Source: a virus. Taken from it: a stretch of DNA of 64,000 nucleotides. The position numbers were made by a program, and so were the translations under genes. Shown piece after piece: positions 57,179 through 64,000 of this stretch. The stretch's first letter is position 1; each line of letters begins with the position of its first letter. Below the pieces are notes generated by a model. That model was not told the DNA's origin and did not search any database. It saw nothing but the letters and a program-made list of their open reading frames with translations. The stretch is taken from positions 11,175-75,174 of IMG/VR virus record IMGVR_UViG_3300031669_000016. One strand, given 5' to 3'.

Positions 57179-57655
57179 CTAAGTCACGGTGTACCCGTTA
57201 CCGCGGACGTACTCGGCCACGCCTTCCATTGCATCCTCGCCCGTTACGTCCGCACTAACCGTTTCGAGCAGCGCGCTTACCGGCAGCGTATCGGCAGATG
57301 CTGTCTCCAGGGCCGCGAAGAGTATAGCTCTGTCTACCATATGCCAGGCGTCAACGCTGTGGCAGTGGTAGTAGTGGCCACCCGAGGAGTCCTGCATATC
57401 CTGGCCGAGGATGCTCACCAGCTCTTCCTGTGTTGCATCGTCGATCTCGCGCTCGACGTAGTAGCCGACCAGTTCGAGCCAGTACGACGGCGTTACCTCG
57501 CAGCAGTGCGTGGCCTCCTTGCGGTTGTAGAGGTAGACGCCCCACCAGCGACCGGTGCGCGCCAGCAGCTCCGGGTCTGTGATGTGTTCGCTCTCGTCGA
57601 TGTAGGCGATGCAGATTTCCGGTGCGATCACTTCGCGTTCTGTCTGTGTTGTCAT
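57179..57655 (-). CDS. Hypothetical protein
   Basis: GGGAGGGTAACAG-ATG start. Confidence 0.65.
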   Translation of the reverse strand: MTTQTEREVIAPEICIAYIDESEHITDPELLARTGRWWGVYLYNRKEATHCCEVTPSYWLELVGYYVEREIDDATQEELVSILGQDMQDSSGGHYYHCHSVDAWHMVDRAILFAALETASADTLPVSALLETVSADVTGEDAMEGVAEYVRGNGYTVT

Positions 57656-57658
57656 CTG

Positions 57659-57967
57659 TTACCCTCCCCGCGTCTTCCCTGAACGTACCCGCGCCATTCC
57701 CCGCTCCCGACCGGTCAGTCCATACTCTCGGAATGCCTCTCGCCACTCTGGCGGCAGTTCCTCCCAGGTTGCACGCGTAGCCCACGGTAGGGGCAGGCGC
57801 ACAGCTGTGAGGCATAGGCTTGGGCGCGTACCGTAGTAGACGTTGGCGAGTGCTTCCTGGTAGCCGCTTACGGTTCGGTGTTCTGCACCCATAAGTACGG
57901 CGACATAGCTACCTTTCGACTCACGATACAGCCGGATCTCTTCGTTTTTGCGTGGCCATCCTGTCAT
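57659..57967 (-). CDS. Hypothetical protein
   Basis: GGGAGGGTAAC start motif. Confidence 0.6.
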   Translation of the reverse strand: MTGWPRKNEEIRLYRESKGSYVAVLMGAEHRTVSGYQEALANVYYGTRPSLCLTAVRLPLPWATRATWEELPPEWREAFREYGLTGRERGMARVRSGKTRGG

Positions 57968-58021
57968 TGTGTTACCCTCCCCGCAGGCCCCGACAAGGAA
58001 CTGCGGGGAGGGCGCGGACTG

Positions 58022-58312
58022 TCAGTCCGCGCTTGGATAGCGCCCAGTTTCTGTGTCATGTTCGGCCGTTTTCCAGCACACCTCTAGCCTTTGCAGGGCG
58101 TTAGTGGCGGCACGATACCGACAAGAGGCGCGCGCTACCAGAGCCCTTGCCCAACATTGCGCTTGGGACAGGGTTTCTGCACACGTCACCACCGTGCTTA
58201 CCAGTCGAAGCGCCTCGGCCTCGTCTGGCGGCCTGCCTGTATCACACGCTCTTTGGTGTAGTTCGTCGGCGATATCGTACCGGGCTTGTTGGCAGAGTCT
58301 GGTTGTATCCAT
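58022..58312 (-). CDS. Hypothetical protein
   Basis: GGGAGGGTAAC start motif. Confidence 0.55.
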   Translation of the reverse strand: MDTTRLCQQARYDIADELHQRACDTGRPPDEAEALRLVSTVVTCAETLSQAQCWARALVARASCRYRAATNALQRLEVCWKTAEHDTETGRYPSAD

Positions 58313-58633
58313 TCCTGTTACCCTCCCACCAGACCCCGAAGGGACCTCGCGGGAGGGGGCGGCCCGGCCCCAATGTCACTGCTTCTAGTTCCTCACAGTC
58401 TAGGTCGCTGAAAGGCGGTGGCTTACCAGGCCACTCCGGGCCACCCCGATCTGTCCGCTACATCGCTTCCGGCTCTGAGACCTCAACCTCCACGTACTCC
58501 GTCTCGTTCGGGCCGTTACCTCCTTTCCGTTACCCTCCCACCAAACTCCGAAGGAGCCTCGCGGGAGGGGGCAGGACGCTCCCCCCGGCCCCAATTATGC
58601 GGAGGATGCTCGGGGGGAGGTGGCCCTGCCGCT

Positions 58634-58843
58634 CTAGTCGTCGCGAAACGCGTCGTTGTCGAGTTCGGTTATGGTGAGGCGGAAGCTGCGCATACCACCA
58701 TCCGTCCGGCCCTGCCAGAAGCCGTACTCGCCGACGCTGTTCCCGTTCACATCCATAAGCTTGCCCTCGGTCTGCCCCGCCGCGATCTTATCGGCTGCCT
58801 TCCTCAGTATCCTTGCCAGCTCTGCGGTGTTGACGTTTGCCAC
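58634..58843 (-). CDS. Small phage hypothetical protein
   Basis: ELARILR..AD.I......G.L.D.NGN.VG pattern; start motif present. Confidence 0.6.
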   Translation of the reverse strand: MANVNTAELARILRKAADKIAAGQTEGKLMDVNGNSVGEYGFWQGRTDGGMRSFRLTITELDNDAFRDD

Positions 58844-58929
58844 TGTGTTACCCTCCCACCAGGCCCCGGAGGGAGCCTCGCGGGAGGGGGCAGGGGGGAG
58901 GCCACCGCCCTGCCCCAGGAGGCGAGGGG

Positions 58930-59481
58930 TCAGGCAGTTTTCTCGGTGTTGAGGTGCTTGCCCCAGTCGGGCGCGTTGGCATAGGTCACTACCAACGCGC
59001 CTGCCAAGAACTCGCCGACGTAGACGCTGCAGCTCTTGTCGGGATCATTGACCCGCACGGCATAAGACCAGGCCTTGCCCTCGGGGCGTGCGTCCGATAT
59101 GTGGCCCTTCTGCCCGTCAGGGAGCTGAATGCTAGAGGAACTCCATATCGGAAGCTGCATCGTACCCGCGCCGAGGTCGCGCGCGACGCGCAGGGCAACG
59201 CTTCGCGTCAGCTCGTTGAATACGCCAACACTGTCAACCTGCGCGGTTGGCGTATGGAAAAGGCGGACGCTGTAGGCCCGCGCTCCTCCCCCGACCTTGT
59301 CGCGCTCGCTTGTCACGAAGAAGCAGCATTCCCCACCTTCCTGCCGGTACAGATCACACAACACCCGCCACCCGAAGAAGCACATTGTATCCGCGTCGAA
59401 GAAGCGGCTTCCTCTTGCCTGTACCCGGCTTACTACTTCGTCGACGCTGTCAGGATGCTTGAGCTTTGCTTTTCTGGTCAT
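58930..59481 (-). CDS. Phage hypothetical protein
   Basis: G..FFD.DTM.FF...V...FVTSE pattern; start motif present. Confidence 0.65.
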   Translation of the reverse strand: MTRKAKLKHPDSVDEVVSRVQARGSRFFDADTMCFFGWRVLCDLYRQEGGECCFFVTSERDKVGGGARAYSVRLFHTPTAQVDSVGVFNELTRSVALRVARDLGAGTMQLPIWSSSSIQLPDGQKGHISDARPEGKAWSYAVRVNDPDKSCSVYVGEFLAGALVVTYANAPDWGKHLNTEKTA

Positions 59482-59567
59482 GTTACCCTCCCCGCAGATG
59501 TCTCCGACACCTCCGGGGAGGGGGCCGGGGTTCCTAGGCCCGGCCCAGTTCCCTGCACATCTACTGT

Positions 59568-59596
59568 AGTATACACGGTAAGCCCGGCATTGTCAA
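59568..59596 (-). promoter_or_regulatory. Strong sigma70 promoter
   Basis: TTGACA-17bp-TATACT. Confidence 0.8.
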
Positions 59597-60507
59597 TACC
59601 TAGAACCTACGCTTCGCCTTGTTACCTCCCCGCACGCGCCGCGCAACCTTCTTATTGTATATGCTCTTATGCGCGGCTTTCTCCTCGGCCCTGCGCCGCT
59701 CCGCACAGGTCTGCTCCCAATGCCTCAGCTCTTCCCGTAGACTTGTCATGTCGCCTCCCTAGCCTACGCGCCTGCCAAGCACGCGTCCATCTATATACAG
59801 CGCGCGCAACACCGCGTCTGTTACCCGCTTCTGCAAATCCTCCCAGGCATCTGTTACCTCCTGGTCTTCCCAGGGATCGCCGCTCGCCGTTACCTCTGTT
59901 ACGTCTGGTATTTCGGAGTCGGCCGTTACCTGTGGTATTTCGGGCCCGGCCGTTACCCGCGTCGCAGTCCCCATAAGGGTACCCTCCCTGATGCTAGGTG
60001 GCAGGCCTGCCTTGCCCTTGCAGGCAAGTAGTGGCTTGCTTACTTCTCGCCGCAGTCCAAATCCAACCAGTCCACTTCGGTGCTACCTCCGCCGCGTCGG
60101 CGCGCCGCGATCTCCTTTGAGGTCACGTAGTGGCCGTCTGGCGCAAACCATTCCGGAGGCCAGGCCTCTCGGGTATGTGTCATGTAAGCGCAGTGCGCGG
60201 CGTACCCTTCCGCAGTCCAGAGCGGGGCGCGCACGTCAAGCAGGCGCGTCGCCTCCTCGCAGTGCGCGTCAAAGTCGGGATTTCCTGTGTCTGGCCGGAA
60301 GGTGTACTCGCAGCCTCCACATCTACAGGTCGGTATCGCATTCACCTCCTCGCGGGAATCCTGCGGCCAGTAGCAGCTCTTCACCTGTCTGACATTCCAG
60401 CTCCCAGACGAAGAGGAGGAGGGGCCGACAGCATAGATGCTCGGCCGCCTCCCGCGCATGCACTAAGACGCGCCAGTGTGCGAATAGCCAGAACACGCGC
60501 AGGCGTC

Positions 60508-60915
60508 TCACGTCAACGCCTCCACTGTCGGGGCGAAGTAGGCTAGCACGCGCCGCACCTGTGCCCTATCGGCCCGGATCTGTCGACGGTGCGGAGGGAG
60601 CTCGCGCCAGACTAGCACCGCGGTGGTCAACGCGACGTGCACGCGCAGCTTGCCCTCCAGTCCTTGCGCGTCGAAACGGTCGGCCTTTTCGATACGACAC
60701 GTCTCGATAGCGCTCTGGATTCCCCAGGCCCAGACAAAGCCTGCTATGTCGGGATTGGTGATCTCCCCCAACGGGGCCTCTAGCACACAGGGAATCTTCT
60801 CGATTGCGGCATGCCAACGTTGATATGCCGGCGCGTCGCCTGGTACTGCGAGCGCGGAGAATTGGTCACTGAGTGATGTGATCTCCGCCTCTGTCAAACG
60901 TGGTAACTGCTTCAT
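60508..60915 (-). CDS. Hypothetical protein
   Basis: AGGAGG RBS. Confidence 0.6.
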   Translation of the reverse strand: MKQLPRLTEAEITSLSDQFSALAVPGDAPAYQRWHAAIEKIPCVLEAPLGEITNPDIAGFVWAWGIQSAIETCRIEKADRFDAQGLEGKLRVHVALTTAVLVWRELPPHRRQIRADRAQVRRVLAYFAPTVEALT

Positions 60916-61011
60916 GGTCCCTACCTCCTATATTGTGCTACCCTCCCGTAGGCCTCCATCGGGGGCCTACGGGAAGGCCAGGCCCGAAGGCCTGGCCCTG
61001 TGTCTACTGCG

Positions 61012-61401
61012 CTATTCCGCGCGCTTGATTCTGACCACGGATCTGCTCTGTCCCTTTGGACTGTAGGCACTCCCCTCCACCTTCACAACAGACACCCAGT
61101 CCCGTTGATACCACCAGGCCGAATCATGGGAGATATCTTTGTTCTTGAAGCAGTAGATATCTCCCACTGGGAGGTGCGTGCCCTCCGCGTTGACGGCCGC
61201 GTCGTGGTACATGGGCAGGGCCTTGCAGGTCTGGTACTGCTCGCAAAGCCAGTCCGATACCTCCTTCTCCGTGCCGAAGTGTTTCTGGGATTCGTCGAAG
61301 ATGTTGAATCCATCCTCGTTCCCCTGCTGGCCCATGCTCCTACCTGTGTGCGTCACGTTCACCTCATAAGAAGTCATCTTCCCTGCCTCCTCCTTTGTCA
61401 T
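61012..61401 (-). CDS. Hypothetical protein
   Basis: GGGAGGGTAGA RBS. Confidence 0.6.
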   Translation of the reverse strand: MTKEEAGKMTSYEVNVTHTGRSMGQQGNEDGFNIFDESQKHFGTEKEVSDWLCEQYQTCKALPMYHDAAVNAEGTHLPVGDIYCFKNKDISHDSAWWYQRDWVSVVKVEGSAYSPKGQSRSVVRIKRAE

Positions 61402-61482
61402 GTCTCTACCCTCCCGTAGACCTCCATAAGAGGCCTACGGGAAGGGCCAGGCCCGAAGGCCTGGCCCCACAGGAGAACGCGG

Positions 61483-61941
61483 CTATACGATTGCCCACAC
61501 CTCCTCCAGCTCCATGCTCACCTTCACCCGGTAGAGCGAGACATTCCCGCGTTCGTTGACTTCGCAGACAAGCTGGCCTACGCTGGGCCTGTCCAGCTTG
61601 TCGAAGTCTAGCACCTCCCCGTCGCGCACGGCCTCCTGCAAGGCCTCCACGTCGGGCCAACAACCGAAGCTCGCCCCGTCGCCTTCGGAGGCCCCGAAGT
61701 CACAGTACTCAGGACAGTACTCGCCGAGAACGTCGAACAGGTCAGTCGTTAGCTGGGAGGCCGCTTCCGGGTCTTTGTCGACGAAGTCTTCCCAGCTCTC
61801 CTCGTCAGTCGTTCCGGATTCCGCTTCCAGCTTGTCCGCGCGCTCCTTGTCCACATCCTCTAGCGCATCGAGGAATGTTGGGATCAGGTCAGCATCCCTC
61901 ATTGTCCCTTCCGAGTAGCTTCCGATTCGCAGCGTCTCCAT
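61483..61941 (-). CDS. Acidic hypothetical protein
   Basis: GGGAGG RBS; SEGT.R..DLIP.F and FGA.EGDGA.FG.W patterns. Confidence 0.65.
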   Translation of the reverse strand: METLRIGSYSEGTMRDADLIPTFLDALEDVDKERADKLEAESGTTDEESWEDFVDKDPEAASQLTTDLFDVLGEYCPEYCDFGASEGDGASFGCWPDVEALQEAVRDGEVLDFDKLDRPSVGQLVCEVNERGNVSLYRVKVSMELEEVWAIV

Positions 61942-62379
61942 CTTCCCTACCTCCCTATGGTATCGGTGCTAGAATCACGGCCTGCCTGGAGACCAAGACT
62001 TCTAATCCACGACAGGCCACGACAAATCCCCACATCACTAACGCGCACAGGCCTAAGGTCACAATCACCTTGGCCACCCAGTCAGTCATTCCGATTCCTT
62101 CGTCTCTGTCGGCGCGTCCACGGCCTGAAGGTAAAGCTGGCCACAACCTGCACACCAAAACAGGTTTGCAGGCTCTGTGGACGTCTCGCGATTGGCACGG
62201 CCAACCTCCCGTACCATAGCACCGCAAACGTCGCACTCCCCTGTGCTATCAACATACGGCCACTTTACAATCTGCATAACGCCTCCTCTCGTATAGCTGA
62301 ACACTTACCGCAGGTCCACACGTCCTTGACGTAGTAGTGACGTCGGTTCGTCTCGCAGTATGGACAGTATGCGATAGCA

Positions 62380-62775
62380 CTAAGCCGGTCTCTCGACTAC
62401 CTCCGCCGACCTCTCAGTCCAACGCATGCCCAGTCCAGTCAACGCCTCGCAGTAGACACCTCTCTGCTTGCGCGTCAACGTGATACCCCACGCGGCCAGT
62501 CCACGCTCTTCTGCCTCTCGGAATCTTTGGTCGTGCTTGCTTTTGGTCGCGATATGGGCCACTTCGTGTACGATATAGTAGGTAGTGAAGAGCTCGCCCT
62601 CGTCGATTGCCCACTGCGGAATGCGAATGGTGTGGGTACGGTAGCAGGCGCGTCCATGTAGTGAGGTAGTGACTAGCAGGCGCAGGGGCCGATGCACACC
62701 TAAGACCTCAGAGGTCAGGTCACAGACGGCCTGCAGATCCGCTACTACTGGACTGTTCGGAATCACCTTGCCCAT
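62380..62775 (-). CDS. SprT/M48-like zinc metallopeptidase domain protein
   Basis: HEVAH...HD..F motif. Confidence 0.7.
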   Translation of the reverse strand: MGKVIPNSPVVADLQAVCDLTSEVLGVHRPLRLLVTTSLHGRACYRTHTIRIPQWAIDEGELFTTYYIVHEVAHIATKSKHDQRFREAEERGLAAWGITLTRKQRGVYCEALTGLGMRWTERSAEVVERPA

Positions 62776-62777
62776 GG

Positions 62778-62996
62778 CTAGCAGAACGCGAGGAAGTTGC
62801 CGCGCACGCCGCGCAATACAATGCTAGTGCCCTGTTCGGTAGCACAGTCCAACAGGCGGCCGTCTCTGTCTCGCCGAATGCTACCCCACCGAAGGGCCGT
62901 AGCTATGGCCGCCTCTTCTAGTCCACAACCTTCTACCTGTGCGAGCGCGCGTGTTTGCGCGTTGAGCCTATCCGCAACCTTCTCCCGTCTCGTCAT
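62778..62996 (-). CDS. Hypothetical protein
   Basis: GGAGGGTAGA RBS; downstream of a promoter. Confidence 0.5.
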   Translation of the reverse strand: MTRREKVADRLNAQTRALAQVEGCGLEEAAIATALRWGSIRRDRDGRLLDCATEQGTSIVLRGVRGNFLAFC

Positions 62997-63038
62997 CTGT
63001 CTACCCTCCGGTTAGCCTATTCCATATTATGCGGTAAC

Positions 63039-63067
63039 AGTCTAAGGCTCCTGCCGTAGATTGTCAA
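63039..63067 (-). promoter_or_regulatory. Sigma70 promoter heading the accessory region
   Basis: TTGACA-17bp-TAGACT, overlapped by the CTGTTAC motif. Confidence 0.75.
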
Positions 63068-63902
63068 GAGCCTACAGCAACAATCTTCGGCAGGCATACT
63101 ATAAGGTAGACGCGGGGGCCTGCCTGGGGGAGTCAGGAGCTGGGGGTGTACAGGCCCGAGACGACGCGACAGGCTGGCCTGGGGAGAGACAGACCTGACA
63201 GGGGCAGGAGCTGAGAAGGGTCAAAACAAGGGGGATCCTGCGGAACAGGCTAGAAACGGGGCATTAGGTTGGCCCAGGTGGGGCGTTCGGTAGTGGAGGA
63301 GTGTAAGAGGGGCCTGCCCTTTGACACTACCGACAGGCAGGGAGGTGGGGGCCTGACAGAGGTAAGGCAGAGGGGAGGCCGCGGCAGGTGCAGGCTATCG
63401 CAGTAACAGATACCAGGTAGGGATTATAGACCAACACTTCGGGCGGCCGCTCCCCACGTTACCTCAAAATGTAACATAATAAATGCAAAGTATACTTTGC
63501 ATTTTTGACACTTTCGAAGGAGCTCGCCGACGCCCGGCGGAAAACGGTATAACGTCTATTATGCTCCCATTGTCCCACAGACCCCCTGGGATTCCAGCAG
63601 ACAGATGTTTGCATCCGCCGCCGCGCCCCCCCAATTAGTGTCTCCCCCCGCGGTAAGAGCTGCGAAAACCAAGCAACCAAGCAATAGCAGTAACCCCCTA
63701 CCATTATCCCCTACGGGTCCCATCTGGCACACCACCCTATTGACAGACCCACTACGGTATGAGATGATACAGTACGAGGACTGTTTCGAATTGAGTAGTA
63801 TGGTGGCTTGGGCACCAATATACGACACGCCTCGCCATCGACCGCACAGTCCGTAGTATAGGCCCCGTTGCGTGCCTGTGTCTAATCAATAAGGAGGACG
63901 TG

Positions 63903-64000
63903 ATGACTGCGAATGGACAGGACTGGGTACGTATCTCCGTAGCGGCTGAAATGTTGGACATGACGGTAACCACGTTTAGAGAGAAGGATAACAAAGGTGA
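63903..64000 (+). CDS. Partial HTH DNA-binding protein (MerR/excisionase-like)
   Basis: AAGGAGG RBS; MTANGQDWVRISVAAEMLDMTVTTFRE; truncated by the window end. Confidence 0.55.
   Translation, partial: MTANGQDWVRISVAAEMLDMTVTTFREKDNKG

Noticed and set aside
57971-59522. Integron attC sites or a second CRISPR array
   Set aside because: They lack the RYYYAAC/GTTRRRY boxes, spacing is irregular and gene-sized, and neither recombinase shows clear IntI features.
58837-59976. 379-aa plus-strand ORF and other long antisense ORFs (e.g. 6480-7361, 19263-20279)
   Set aside because: Shadow frames of GC-rich genes; RBSs, promoters and motifs support the opposite strand.
60713-60725. 13-nt match to the start of the leader-proximal spacer (CTCTGGATTCCCC)
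   Set aside because: Too short to separate from chance across all spacers, and its flank shares no PAM with the other matches; worth rechecking once the PAM is known.

Overview
This 64-kb window is part of a temperate tailed-phage genome, apparently in its non-integrated form: a tRNA-Arg 3' half (attP) sits beside an integrase with phage genes on both sides. Positions 1-22.2 kb (+) are the virion module: neck and tail genes interrupted by four glycosyltransferases, a tail chaperone with a likely +1 frameshift, two paralogous HNH genes, tape measure protein (TMP), baseplate/fibre genes and a holin. Positions 22.3-53.7 kb (-) hold replication and regulation genes: sigma factor, split SbcC/SbcD, split DnaG, RecA, UDG-PolA fusion, DNA methylase, DnaB, SF2 helicase, RuvC, dTMP kinase and a second tyrosine recombinase. 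Positions 55-63 kb (-) are small accessory genes with a repeated GTAACAG motif and Shine-Dalgarno-sequestering hairpins. The main finding is a compact phage-encoded type V CRISPR system at 27.85-29.73 kb. It comprises a 454-aa TnpB/Cas12f-like RuvC effector with intact catalytic residues, a candidate tracrRNA and a 28-bp-repeat array, with no cas1/cas2 in the window. One spacer matches the phage's own TMP gene at 29/31 nt, suggesting targeting of a sibling phage. A truncated 19-nt terminal spacer matches, at 16/17 nt, the -10 box of the promoter 100 bp downstream, which drives the operon containing the sigma factor. All protein calls come from motif recognition; no database searches were run.
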